The notes: generated by a model from the sequence alone, not told the origin. Counted from the stretch's first letter, positions 19,314 through 28,630 are shown. The stretch: DNA of 64,000 nt from an uncultured Candidatus Saccharibacteria bacterium (GCA_964493895.1 CAZBPY010000003.1:15176-79175); one strand, 5' to 3'. Translations and numbers: made by a program.

Positions 19314-20242
19314 AGCATACTCCGATAAAGGTTATAGACGTAAGTTATAGCTACTGGAAAAAGTAAAGCGGACAATATGAAGAAAGCTCCCTGAGCAGCC
19401 ACCGGTGCCAGAGCAATAAACGGCACTACCACCAAACCCATAACCAACAGTAAGATCAGCGGCAAAAACAACAGTTTTCTAATCACTGCCATCCGTCGAA
19501 ACCGCACTAATCCTCGGGCCGAGCGCAGTGCTCTCATCGGGGCCATATCCGGCAAGCTGACAATCAACAAGGCGAATATTGAGCTGCTGATGAGATAAAG
19601 GCTCAGTAGAGCTAAAAGAATCAAAAAAACCAGCCACAAAATTTTTTCAATTTCAGTAACAGCTAAACCGTTGGCAGTTACTGTTGCATATATACTGCTG
19701 CCTAGAGATAGTGGTAGTAGTTGAAGAGCTATCACCGCAATAACCAAAATAACTGGTATCAACGGTGTCATGCCGTTATAAAAAGCCTCCTTGACTGTTA
19801 CCGGATTAGACTTTGATTGAGAACCGTACATCCGCCTTAGACCATACAAAACGGCCAAGCTGAACAACAAAACCAAAGCAAATTGATAAATCCCCACTGA
19901 TTGATTGCTGAGCTGGGTGCTTGACCCAACCAAGGCAGTATAGACAATAGTACTTGCCGGTAACGATCCCATGGTGTCCATGAGTATGTCCCTGGCTTCG
20001 GTGACGTCAAAGACGCTGCTGCTCATCTGGACAAACACAAACGTCAGCACACCGTATATCAAAGAGAAGGTTATAAAAAAGCGTTTATTTTGACGAATAA
20101 TTCTTATGGTTTGGCGGCTCAACTCCATGACACTTGGCAGTTTGGCTTGCGATGGCTTAATCCGCTTCTGCAGATGAAACGATTTGTATTCTGGATCGGC
20201 TAATTTGCGCGGTTGTTTGGTGGTTGGTTTTTTACTTGCCAC
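19310..20242 (-). CDS. Polytopic membrane protein of unknown function
   Basis: About 6 TM helices; translationally coupled to ligA. Confidence 0.75.
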   Translation of the reverse strand: MASKKPTTKQPRKLADPEYKSFHLQKRIKPSQAKLPSVMELSRQTIRIIRQNKRFFITFSLIYGVLTFVFVQMSSSVFDVTEARDILMDTMGSLPASTIVYTALVGSSTQLSNQSVGIYQFALVLLFSLAVLYGLRRMYGSQSKSNPVTVKEAFYNGMTPLIPVILVIAVIALQLLPLSLGSSIYATVTANGLAVTEIEKILWLVFLILLALLSLYLISSSIFALLIVSLPDMAPMRALRSARGLVRFRRMAVIRKLLFLPLILLLVMGLVVVPFIALAPVAAQGAFFILSALLFPVAITYVYNLYRSML

Positions 20243-20243
20243 T

Positions 20244-21119
20244 TTAAGCAGCCTCTCCCATTTCCTTTAGCCGGGCAATCCTATCTTCAATTGGCGGGTG
20301 GGTACTAAATAGTGACGACATAAAACTTTTCTTCAATGGATTAGCAAAAAACAGATGAGCTGTAGAGCTGTTTTGTCGCCGCATGGTGCTGCCGTGAGCT
20401 TGCATTTTTTCCAGGGCGCCAATCAAGCCTTCAGGATAGCGAGTAGTTAAAGCACCGGTGGCATCAGCCAGGTACTCTCGCTTCCTGGAGATGGCCAGCT
20501 GAATGAACATAGCAATCAATGGAGCCAACAGGGCAGCCACAATGCCAATCAACATAACAACCTGATTGTTATTGCTGTTATTGTCGTCGCGAAACCACAT
20601 CGCCCGCAGGATGATGTCGGAAATCAAGGCTACTACCGCCACCAAAGCAAAGGCTACCATTGATACTCGAATGTCATAGTTTTTGACATGACCCAATTCG
20701 TGAGCCATAACCCCCTGGAGCTCCTTGTCATTCAACTTATCCAGCAGGCCTGTTGTAATTGCTACACTGGCCTTTTGAGGATTACGGCCGGTAGCAAAAG
20801 CGTTCAGGGCCGGATCGTCAATGATATAAATCCGGGGCGTCGGCAAACCTTCAGTAATAGCCAAGTTTTCGACAATCCGATACAGACGCGGATTATCTCG
20901 CTTGGTGATTTCCTGAGCTCCGTTCATAGTCAGCGACAATTTCGAGCTCGAATAATAGCTAAATAAAACGTACACCAGGGCGCCGATCAAAACATAAACC
21001 GTGATCGAAGTGTCACCCCACCATAGAGCGAACAGCCAGCCCAACAAGGCCACAAAGGCCACAAAGAAAATCATCAGAAAAACAGTTTTGCGCTTGTTGC
21101 CAGCAATTTGCTTATACAT
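20244..21119 (-). CDS. htpX: M48 zinc metalloprotease HtpX
   Basis: NAFATG, HELGH, SRKREYLAD, STHPP. Confidence 0.95.
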   Translation of the reverse strand: MYKQIAGNKRKTVFLMIFFVAFVALLGWLFALWWGDTSITVYVLIGALVYVLFSYYSSSKLSLTMNGAQEITKRDNPRLYRIVENLAITEGLPTPRIYIIDDPALNAFATGRNPQKASVAITTGLLDKLNDKELQGVMAHELGHVKNYDIRVSMVAFALVAVVALISDIILRAMWFRDDNNSNNNQVVMLIGIVAALLAPLIAMFIQLAISRKREYLADATGALTTRYPEGLIGALEKMQAHGSTMRRQNSSTAHLFFANPLKKSFMSSLFSTHPPIEDRIARLKEMGEAA

Positions 21120-21148
21120 TAACTCTAAACGCCTCCTGACTTGTTTGG

Positions 21149-21706
21149 TTAAAACTTAACGTCAGTCGGTTTTTCAATATTGGCTTGTTCAGCCTCGTCA
21201 ACTTCAAAAAATTCACGAATTTTAAAGCCCATCATGCCAGCAAAAACACTGGTGGGAAAGACCTGGATTTTAGTGTTTAGGTCGCGGACAGAACCGTTAT
21301 AGAATCGCCGCGCAGCCTGGATTTTATCTTCAGTGTCAACCAGTTCGGCCTGCAGTTCTTTGAAATTGTCGCTAGCCTTCAGATCTGGATAGTTCTCGGC
21401 CACGGCAAACAAACTTTTCAAAGCTTGCTCGAATTGGTTATCAGCCTTGGCGGTTTCCGCCGGCCCTTGAGCTTTGGTTATGGCACTACGAGCCTTGGTG
21501 ACTTCTTCAAAAACTCCCTTTTCATGCTTGGCATAACCCTTAACGGTGTTGACTAAATTTGGAATTAAATCACCTCGGCGCTTTAACTGAACTGTAATGT
21601 CGCTCCAGGCCTCATCGACTCGAATTTTGGCTCGAATCAAGCCGTTATAAATCAGCACCAGTATCAGCACTAATGCAGCTGCGGCGATGCCAATGTATAT
21701 CCACAT
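21149..21706 (-). CDS. lemA: LemA family protein
   Basis: QLKRRGDLIPNLV, VAENYPDLKA, RRFYN; true start MWIYIG at 21706. Confidence 0.95.
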   Translation of the reverse strand: MWIYIGIAAAALVLILVLIYNGLIRAKIRVDEAWSDITVQLKRRGDLIPNLVNTVKGYAKHEKGVFEEVTKARSAITKAQGPAETAKADNQFEQALKSLFAVAENYPDLKASDNFKELQAELVDTEDKIQAARRFYNGSVRDLNTKIQVFPTSVFAGMMGFKIREFFEVDEAEQANIEKPTDVKF

Positions 21707-21770
21707 AATTTTCTCCCCTGTTAAAACTGTAGTTTCATTATAGCAAAATCGCCGGCTGAAAAACAGAAGT

Positions 21771-21857
21771 TGGTGCGCGGGGCGGGACTCGAACCCGCAC
21801 GCCCAGTTGGGCATTTGATTTTAAGTCAAACTTGGCTACCAGTTACAACACCCGCGC
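21771..21857 (-). tRNA. tRNA-Leu(TAA)
   Basis: GCGCGGG acceptor, anticodon arm TTTGA-CTTAAAA-TCAAA, long variable arm, TTCGA, CCA. Confidence 0.95.
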
Positions 21858-22349
21858 TCTCTGTAATCTTAACGCAACTTTCTTATTTTTGCCACGGTGT
21901 GTTGGTTGCAGACTGTGACAATTGGGACATAATATTCTTAGGTTTACTAACCTATTGTCTGTGGGATCACCATTGATGTGATCTAATTCCACTGGGATTC
22001 TACCGTCTATACTTCTTTCTGCCCATCCACAAATTTCACATTTTGGATTTTTTAATCCATCTTTGTAGAGACGGAGCTTTAGGGTATGGCTTTGGACTTT
22101 GCTGCCTTTTCGAAGCCACTTTTTTGTAGGTGTAATAGGAAGATTAAATTTATACAATCCGCCCTTGTTCCAGCCTCGACCGGTAAAATGATGGGTTGAG
22201 AGTTTTAGTTCAGCAACTCGTTCGGAAACTTGTTTATAGTTGCCGCCTGCCGGAATAAGGCCAATCTTTTTTATTACGGCTCGGTAACTAGTGCAAGTAG
22301 CCACCGCTTTCACTAATTGCTCGTCCGTCCAGCTGCGTTGCTTCGGCAT
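21843..22349 (-). CDS. HNH endonuclease with N-terminal helical DNA-binding-like domain
   Basis: CEICG, ELDHINGDPTDNRLVNLRILCPNCH; stop codon lies within tRNA-Leu. Confidence 0.92.
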   Translation of the reverse strand: MPKQRSWTDEQLVKAVATCTSYRAVIKKIGLIPAGGNYKQVSERVAELKLSTHHFTGRGWNKGGLYKFNLPITPTKKWLRKGSKVQSHTLKLRLYKDGLKNPKCEICGWAERSIDGRIPVELDHINGDPTDNRLVNLRILCPNCHSLQPTHRGKNKKVALRLQRARVL

Positions 22350-22399
22350 ACAGCCAGAGTACCAAACACATATTAAATACCTATTAAACGTGAATAATT

Positions 22400-22473
22400 T
22401 GGAGGCGCGTACGAGATTTGCACTCGTGTATAAGGTTTTGCAGACCTTTGCCTAACTCCTCGGCCAACGCGCC
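22400..22473 (-). tRNA. tRNA-Cys(GCA)
   Basis: GGCGCGT acceptor, AAGGT-CTGCAAA-ACCTT anticodon arm, U73 discriminator, CCA; T-loop TGCAAAT. Confidence 0.93.
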
Positions 22474-22643
22474 GCATAATATCCCTGTTCATTGTAACGT
22501 AAACCCCTGTTCAAGAAAATCGCTAAATATAGACCATTACATCCGACGACAGCCGGTTTTTTATGATCTAACCTAGCCCCTCTTCGCGAATTGCTCGGCA
22601 ATATCTTTATTTATAACCCAGAGGTTGGTTTGCCATCTCTGTC

Positions 22644-23021
22644 TTAGCCTTCGACTACCACCTCAAACCCGCCGTAAGCCATCTTGGTCATGTCGCTGGG
22701 CATCTCAAAGTTATCACCCACGTCCATGGCGTTCATCTCGGCCATGACCTTTTTGTTAACCTCATCGCGATGAGCTTTAGATTTGAAAATAATAAATGAA
22801 AACCAGATATTTTCGTCGGCATTGGCCCCGGCCATTTCCGTGAAAGCCCGCGATTTCACCGGCCCCATTTCTTGCTGCCCGAGATCGTCACCGCGGCATT
22901 CAAAATACTGCAAGGCACCATGCTTCATCCAAGAATCACGCCCCATTTCAGCCATTTTCTGATACTCTGCCTCTTTACCCTTGGGCACCACCAACACGAA
23001 TCCATCTACATACTTACCCAT
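22644..23021 (-). CDS. DUF1428 (YbaA-like) protein
   Basis: YVDGFVLVVP..WMKHGALQYFEC..SKAHRDEVNKKVM..MAYGGF. Confidence 0.88.
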   Translation of the reverse strand: MGKYVDGFVLVVPKGKEAEYQKMAEMGRDSWMKHGALQYFECRGDDLGQQEMGPVKSRAFTEMAGANADENIWFSFIIFKSKAHRDEVNKKVMAEMNAMDVGDNFEMPSDMTKMAYGGFEVVVEG

Positions 23022-23125
23022 TACTCTACTCCCCCTCACTTGGCCTTTACTCTCCTAGTTTAGCATTTAGCGCAAACGATAGGCAGCCAAATATCTGCTG
23101 GGTTTACTTTGGCTCGCCTGTCGTC

Positions 23126-23212
23126 TGGTGCGCGAGAGAGGACTTGAACCTCCACGCCCCTAGGGGCACAGGCCCCTCAAGCCTGCGCGTCTACCAATTC
23201 CGCCACTCGCGC
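23126..23212 (-). tRNA. tRNA-Leu(GAG)
   Basis: GCGCGAGTGGCGGAATTGGTAGACGC; CAGGC-TTGAGGG-GCCTG; variable arm; CCA. Confidence 0.96.
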
Positions 23213-23308
23213 TTACCTGTTAATAATACGAATTTACCTCTGGAAAAGCAACCTCCCCAAAGCGAGCCATATTGCTTATGATTAAAATTTGTGTTATAAT
23301 TAGAAGAT

Positions 23309-24118
23309 ATGGTATCGCCAGAGGTGAAACTGACAGGTGTACTGCCAGGCAAACAACCGCCTTTTATATCGGCTGCTGATTATGAACATCTGGCCAAAAT
23401 ACAAACTTCCAAAATTATTCCGACTCAACTTTCCAGCGATCCAATTCGCTTTACTCATGATTTGGTACGCTTCCCGGTTGATAAAAAACTTCCAAAGCCA
23501 TTTGCCAAGTGGCTGGTTTATTGGGCTTCGCATGATACCGAACTAATTGACCATACACCAGATGATTTGCAACGCTTCCCAGGCATAAAGGATGCTCAAC
23601 AAACTCCATTGGAAGCTGGAGGGCGATGGTTTTGGGGAACAATTGCCCGTGCCAAGGAGACCAAGAAGGGTGCACATAAAGGTCCGGTTTCAGCATTTGG
23701 TTGGGCTCATCCGCTAAAAGGAGCTTTGACCAGTCGCGACATCCGGCAGCAAAGCAAAGAATTTGGGCTGAATATCAAGAGGACGGCCACGATTGCTATG
23801 CGGGTTACAGACGGCTTTCGGCATAGCGGTCTATTTACTCCATTTATGTTAGGCTCACTTTATGATTTTGTGCAGAGGACAACTGAAGGCAGTGAACAAC
23901 TCTATACAGATGCAGCCTTTCGAGTGTCATCGACAGAGAGGATATCTTTTCCGTTTCTGGAAAATGGAAGAGTAAGACAAATTTTGCGACCAGAGATTAT
24001 GGGCGGTAACCAAGGTGGGGTGCTTTATGCGCATTATGATCTGCGGAAATTGCTTGAATGCGAGCCGCGCGACCTCGGGTTGGAGCATCTGACCGAAGAT
24101 GATATAATAGCAAGCTGA
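23309..24118 (+). CDS. Hypothetical protein, possibly a degenerate GNAT fold
   Basis: TIAMRVTDGFRHSGL resembles GNAT motif A; ATG 8 nt after TATAAT. Confidence 0.55.
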   Translation: MVSPEVKLTGVLPGKQPPFISAADYEHLAKIQTSKIIPTQLSSDPIRFTHDLVRFPVDKKLPKPFAKWLVYWASHDTELIDHTPDDLQRFPGIKDAQQTPLEAGGRWFWGTIARAKETKKGAHKGPVSAFGWAHPLKGALTSRDIRQQSKEFGLNIKRTATIAMRVTDGFRHSGLFTPFMLGSLYDFVQRTTEGSEQLYTDAAFRVSSTERISFPFLENGRVRQILRPEIMGGNQGGVLYAHYDLRKLLECEPRDLGLEHLTEDDIIAS

Positions 24119-24125
24119 AACTCAT

Positions 24126-24202
24126 GGGTTGTTAGCTCAGTTGGCTAGAGCACCTCGTTTACACCGAGGGGGTCGGGGGTTCGAGTCCCTCACAACCCAC
24201 CA
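24126..24202 (+). tRNA. tRNA-Val(TAC)
   Basis: GGGTTGT/ACAACCC acceptor; CCTCG-TTTACAC-CGAGG; CCA. Confidence 0.97.
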
Positions 24203-24227
24203 TCTATTGTCGCTGGTAACGGTTCGT

Positions 24228-24255
24228 CAAAATTCTCACATCAGTGAGATTTTTT
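24228..24255 (+). terminator. Intrinsic terminator after tRNA-Val
   Basis: TCTCAC-ATCA-GTGAGA hairpin followed by a T-run. Confidence 0.65.
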
Positions 24256-24294
24256 GTTTGCTAGAGTGGGGGTATTAAGGAAGGGACGATACCG

Positions 24295-24558
24295 ATGCCA
24301 ACAGGAGATCAATTTCGCCAAGCAGCTACAACAGCTAAACAAGCAGCCGAAGCTAAAAAAGCCGAAGTCCAGCGGATGCGTGAGACTGTAGCTCAGATGA
24401 AGCGCGACATGGAAGATCTGCATAAAACGGCTGACAGTTGGGAGCAGGAAATTAAACAGTTAGACAATCAGATTCGAGATCTTGAAGATCAGGCCCGCGA
24501 GGCCGATGAAGCCGAGCGCCGCCTTGAGTCTCAGCGACAGCAATACGATATCCGTTAG
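24295..24558 (+). CDS. Small coiled-coil protein
   Basis: Heptad-rich, charged 87-aa ORF with purine-rich upstream region. Confidence 0.6.
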   Translation: MPTGDQFRQAATTAKQAAEAKKAEVQRMRETVAQMKRDMEDLHKTADSWEQEIKQLDNQIRDLEDQAREADEAERRLESQRQQYDIR

Positions 24559-24646
24559 CCGGCCCAGGCCTGCATATACGTTGATTATCCAGAGGTAATA
24601 CGATAGAATACAGGGGTCTTTTGACATCGCTGTCTGGCGGCCGCTC

Positions 24647-24722
24647 GGCGCTATAGCTCAGTTGGTAGAGCAGAGGCCTGAAGAGCCTTGTGTCCCTGGT
24701 TCGAGTCCAGGTGGCGCCACCA
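24647..24722 (+). tRNA. tRNA-Phe(GAA)
   Basis: GGCGCTA/TGGCGCC acceptor; GAGGC-CTGAAGA-GCCTT; CCA. Confidence 0.96.
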
Positions 24723-24732
24723 TTTTAAGTTT

Positions 24733-24809
24733 GCGGGTGTAGCTCAGTTGTTTAGAGCGCATCCTTGCCAAGGATGAGGCCAGGGGTTAGAGTCCCCTCA
24801 CCCGCACCA
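24733..24809 (+). tRNA. tRNA-Gly(GCC) with atypical D and T loops
   Basis: GCGGGTG/CACCCGC; CATCC-TTGCCAA-GGATG; D-loop GT instead of GG; T-loop TTAGAGT. Confidence 0.92.
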
Positions 24810-24834
24810 AAGATTTCTAACTATGCTAATCTGT

Positions 24835-24861
24835 AAAACACCGAGAAAATCGGTGTTTTTT
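24835..24861 (+). terminator. Intrinsic terminator after tRNA-Gly, possibly bidirectional
   Basis: AAAACACCGA-GAAAA-TCGGTGTTTTTT. Confidence 0.75.
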
Positions 24862-24905
24862 CGTTTAACCCATAGGGGACTTAAACTAACTAATAGAATA
24901 ACTAT

Positions 24906-25004
24906 ATGATGGACGAGCGAATAGAGCGTGGAAAATGGCTACTCAATAATGTTAAACACGCAGCAATGGCCACTGTGAGACACAAGGTCTACTCGTCTGA
25001 CTAG
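24906..25004 (+). pseudogene. Probable truncated remnant of a pyridoxamine-5'-phosphate-oxidase-like (FMN split barrel) gene
   Basis: MMDERIERGKWLLNNVKHAAMATV.. resembles the N-terminus of that family and ends after 32 aa; TAGAAT 6 nt before ATG. Confidence 0.4.
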
Positions 25005-26632
25005 CTGCGTGGCAAGTGGTCTGCCAAATGATCCATGTTGTATTCGTCTCGCAGTTGAGCGACCTGCTTGGCCCGAGTTGCGCCAATCTTAACACCAGGA
25101 TTTAAAATTCCGTGCGGATCAAATATCTCTTTGACCTTTTCGAACAGGCCGTAGACTTGCTCACCAAAGAGGTCTTTCAGGTATATGGCCCTTAGCCGGC
25201 CATCGTTGTGTTCTCCGGCTGTGCTGCCGCCCATTTCAATCACCATTTTGTAGTAGTCGTCCATCAATTTGAAAACTGTCTGGCGATCGGCGACTTGCGA
25301 CAAATCTAGAAACGGTTGCAGATGAAGATTTGCGTCAGCAGCATGCCCCCACAGAGCCACCTTCAGGTGATACTTGTCAAACAATTTATAAATGCTCTCA
25401 ACAAATTCTTTGAATCTAGTCACCGGCACAATTCCATCCTCGACAATCGGCAGAGCCTTTTTCTTGCCCGAGACATGGGTTATCAGTGAAGCCGCCGAGT
25501 GGCGAATCTTCCACAGCTCATCACGTTTGTGATAATCAGAAGTCGTCTCGATATTATTAGTGTATGGCTTGACAATTTTGTGCAGCCGCTTGGTCTGTTT
25601 CTTTTGAATGCTGGTCTTAGCGTCATCAAATTCAACCAGCATGACAATCGCCGGATAAGGCGGCTCTATAAGGTTCTTCAGCTGATTTGGGTTGGTCTCG
25701 GCAATAAAGTCCAACAGGTGCCTGTCAACCATCTCGATTGCCGCTGGATTCAGCTTGCGAATTTCAGTCACTACATGGCTGGCATCCTCGATGTTATCAA
25801 AGCCAATCACCGTCAAAGTCCGCTGTGTATTATTAGGAATAACTTTTAGCTGAGCCGCTGTGACAATGCCCAGCGTCCCCTGCGATCCGACAATCAGCGG
25901 TGTCAGATCGAACACGCCGTGCTTTTGCTTGACATTGCTCAGGTCATAGCCAGCCGAATTTTTGGAGGTGTTCAGTTGGATTTGTTTGATCAGTTCGGAA
26001 TGGTCAGTTAAAAGATTATCCAGCTCGCGGTAAATCTCGCCCTCGAAGTTGGTCTGGCCTTTCTTTTTGTTGAGCTCGCGCCTCGACAATGGTCGGGTTT
26101 CAATCACTTCGCCATTGGCAAGGACCACCCGCAGAGCCTCGGTGTAACCGCGGGTATCGCCGTATTTGACCGTTCTCTCGCCGGCAGTGTTATTGGCCAC
26201 TGCTCCGCCTAGGGTAGCGTAATCGATTGAACTTGGAAACGGCGGCAAGAAGTAGCCGTGAGTTTTCAAAGTGTCTTGCAGGTTGCGGTAGTTAAGACCG
26301 GGCTGAACCAAGACCATGCCGTGCCGACTATCAAATTCCAGGAGTTTATTCATATGAGCCGGAAAAACCATGACGATTCCTTCGCCTATGGCTGCTCCGC
26401 CCTGGTCAGAACCCCGGCCACGGGCCGTGATCGGCAAAACCCGACCCCTTTCAGCTAGCTGCCAGGCAAACTTAGCGGTCTTGCGGACATCGTTTTCGTT
26501 CTCTGGGTAAACCACAAACTGAGGCAAAACTTCAAATACCCCGCCATCAGTCGAAAAATACTTCCGAGCTGTCATTGAGGTGATGACCTCGCCAACTAAA
26601 TGCTCTTGCAAATAATGCGCAATTTTACTCAT
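25001..26632 (-). CDS. FAD-binding oxidoreductase (GlcD/D-lactate dehydrogenase family)
   Basis: RGRGS..G FAD loop, ATLGGAVANN, VGSQGTLG, GHAADANLH, GEHNDG, FDPHGILNPG. Confidence 0.92.
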   Translation of the reverse strand: MSKIAHYLQEHLVGEVITSMTARKYFSTDGGVFEVLPQFVVYPENENDVRKTAKFAWQLAERGRVLPITARGRGSDQGGAAIGEGIVMVFPAHMNKLLEFDSRHGMVLVQPGLNYRNLQDTLKTHGYFLPPFPSSIDYATLGGAVANNTAGERTVKYGDTRGYTEALRVVLANGEVIETRPLSRRELNKKKGQTNFEGEIYRELDNLLTDHSELIKQIQLNTSKNSAGYDLSNVKQKHGVFDLTPLIVGSQGTLGIVTAAQLKVIPNNTQRTLTVIGFDNIEDASHVVTEIRKLNPAAIEMVDRHLLDFIAETNPNQLKNLIEPPYPAIVMLVEFDDAKTSIQKKQTKRLHKIVKPYTNNIETTSDYHKRDELWKIRHSAASLITHVSGKKKALPIVEDGIVPVTRFKEFVESIYKLFDKYHLKVALWGHAADANLHLQPFLDLSQVADRQTVFKLMDDYYKMVIEMGGSTAGEHNDGRLRAIYLKDLFGEQVYGLFEKVKEIFDPHGILNPGVKIGATRAKQVAQLRDEYNMDHLADHLPRS

Positions 26633-26726
26633 GTCTGATCTCGGCTTTCCCTCCTCAGCCAAACCATTACCATCTTACCCACTATAATACCACGACCACA
26701 ATCCTACATAAACATAAGCTGGAGAT

Positions 26727-26813
26727 TGGTGCGGATGAGAGGACTCGAACCTCCACGAGTCGAAGCTCACTAGCTCCTGAAGCTAGCGCGTCTACCAATT
26801 CCGCCACATCCGC
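26727..26813 (-). tRNA. tRNA-Leu(CAG)
   Basis: GCGGATG acceptor; CTAGC-TTCAGGA-GCTAG; variable arm; CCA. Confidence 0.96.
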
Positions 26814-26835
26814 GTGAACCACAAGGGGCTGAAAA

Positions 26836-28620
26836 CTACTCTATTGTAACTCGTTTTTCACGGATCGCCCAGTTCTGAACATTGGCAAAGCGATCAGTCG
26901 CCGAGTTAAAGCCTGTCGGCTCAAACCCATAAACCTTTTCGGTAGTCACATACAAAAACCTGGGTTGAAACAAGGCAATGGCCGGAGCATCCTTGCGCCA
27001 CTGGTCTAGCATTGGTTTATACTTTGGTATCCTCAACACCGGATCCACCCGGCTGCGTCCACCTTCGAGCCCAGTGTCAACCACTTCCGACTTATACTCA
27101 GCCAAGTTCAAGCGCTGGTCAGCACTTGGATCAGCCTGGCTGGAGTGCCAATAGGCATAAATGTCCGGATCATTACCCAGCGAGACTCCATAAAGCAAGG
27201 CATCGTAGTTGTGGAAAGCGATGGTCGATTGCAGCTCGGCATCCGGCTGTAAGACAACGTCAACCTTCACCCCTACATCGCGCCACTGCTTTTGAATCAT
27301 GCTGGCTACATAGGAGTACTGGTCGGAGCTGCGTGATACTAACTGAATTTGCAGAGGTTGTCCGGCTTTAAGGCGAATGCCGTCTTTGCCAACGGTCCAA
27401 CCATTGCTTTCCAGTAACTTTTTCGCTTCACCTGGGTTGTAGGGTAACTGGATTGAACTTGGGTCGTAACCTATATGACTGCGCAACAGCAGACTGTCAG
27501 CCTTGATGACCGGATAGCCAAGTCCGGCAATGATGGCATCGGTGTTGGTAGCCTGGGTTAGAGCTTGGCGGACAGTTACATCAGATAAAATTGGCGCACT
27601 GTTCTTCAAAAATATCATCACCTCTCCGGCTAGTGGCACATTATATCTATCGATTCCATCGGTATCGTGAAGCTCCTGGGGCAATACGTCTAAGCCAGCT
27701 GCTGCCGTAATTTCACGATGGACCAATGCGGCACTGAGCGACTCCTCGCTACGAAAAGCTCGAATGACAAACCGATCCAACTGAGGTCGGCCCTGGTAGT
27801 ATTGGTCGTAGTTGACTAACCCAACCTGCTCTTCTCTGGTCTCAGGAGTATTACCAACGACCTGCACAGCATCCCATTTGAACGGCCCTGATCCAACCGG
27901 GTTAACAGTATTAAAATTGCTGGAACGCAAACTTGATGAAGGCACGCCTTCCAGAATGTGTTTCGGCACCAATCCGGTCGTTAGGGTGTGCGGGAATGAT
28001 GCCAAGCCGTGCGGCAAGGTAAATTTGATGGTTCGATCATCCAGGGCTTCAATCTTGACATTTTGCCAGATAGGCAAAAGCGGTGACTTGGCATCAGGGT
28101 TTTGTATGGTCTTGAAGGTAAAGGCAGCGTCATCAGCTGTCAATTGCCTGCCGTCATGCCAGAAGACATCATCACGCAAATAGGCTGTGTACTCAGATGC
28201 TTGGGGATTGGAATCCAACTTGTAAGCAATGTCACCGACCAACTGATTGTTACTGTCGTACTGCATTAACCCAGAGAAAACCAAACGCGATACCGCAGCA
28301 TCAACTGGGCCAGTGGCATACAGCGGGCTGGCATTGGTAAATGCCCCTACTATACCCTCCGTGTAGGTGCCCCCTGGGGCTGGGCCATCGACTTGATAAA
28401 AGCGGGTCAATCCTCTGGTTTGAGCCACTACACTACCGGCCAGCAAGACTAGTAATAGCAGCCATCCAAGAATAAAACGCCGAACACCGACAATGTGATC
28501 AAGCCGCTTAAACAAATATCGGTCCAAACCTTTTTCGGCTTGTTGACCCAATTCCTGAGCCTGGTGCTTGCTCCTCTTAACACGTCTGCGGATCCGTAAT
28601 TTTTGTACGCGACTAATCAT
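26836..28620 (-). CDS. Family 5 (OppA-like) substrate-binding protein with N-terminal TM anchor
   Basis: LRDDVFWHDG..TADD, VGSGPFK, VRQAL; no permease genes adjacent. Confidence 0.88.
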   Translation of the reverse strand: MISRVQKLRIRRRVKRSKHQAQELGQQAEKGLDRYLFKRLDHIVGVRRFILGWLLLLVLLAGSVVAQTRGLTRFYQVDGPAPGGTYTEGIVGAFTNASPLYATGPVDAAVSRLVFSGLMQYDSNNQLVGDIAYKLDSNPQASEYTAYLRDDVFWHDGRQLTADDAAFTFKTIQNPDAKSPLLPIWQNVKIEALDDRTIKFTLPHGLASFPHTLTTGLVPKHILEGVPSSSLRSSNFNTVNPVGSGPFKWDAVQVVGNTPETREEQVGLVNYDQYYQGRPQLDRFVIRAFRSEESLSAALVHREITAAAGLDVLPQELHDTDGIDRYNVPLAGEVMIFLKNSAPILSDVTVRQALTQATNTDAIIAGLGYPVIKADSLLLRSHIGYDPSSIQLPYNPGEAKKLLESNGWTVGKDGIRLKAGQPLQIQLVSRSSDQYSYVASMIQKQWRDVGVKVDVVLQPDAELQSTIAFHNYDALLYGVSLGNDPDIYAYWHSSQADPSADQRLNLAEYKSEVVDTGLEGGRSRVDPVLRIPKYKPMLDQWRKDAPAIALFQPRFLYVTTEKVYGFEPTGFNSATDRFANVQNWAIREKRVTIE

Positions 28621-28630
28621 ACCACCTCTG

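Noticed and set aside
21707-21814. N-terminal extension of LemA in the ORF track
   Set aside because: It runs through tRNA-Leu; the TM-bearing start at 21706 with upstream GGGGAG is the plausible one.
21770-21976. 68-aa plus-strand ORF
   Set aside because: Antisense shadow of tRNA-Leu and the HNH gene.
21771-26813. Integrative island among the clustered tRNAs
   Set aside because: No integrase and no duplicated tRNA 3' fragment found; the shared 3' ends belong to complete tRNA-Leu genes.
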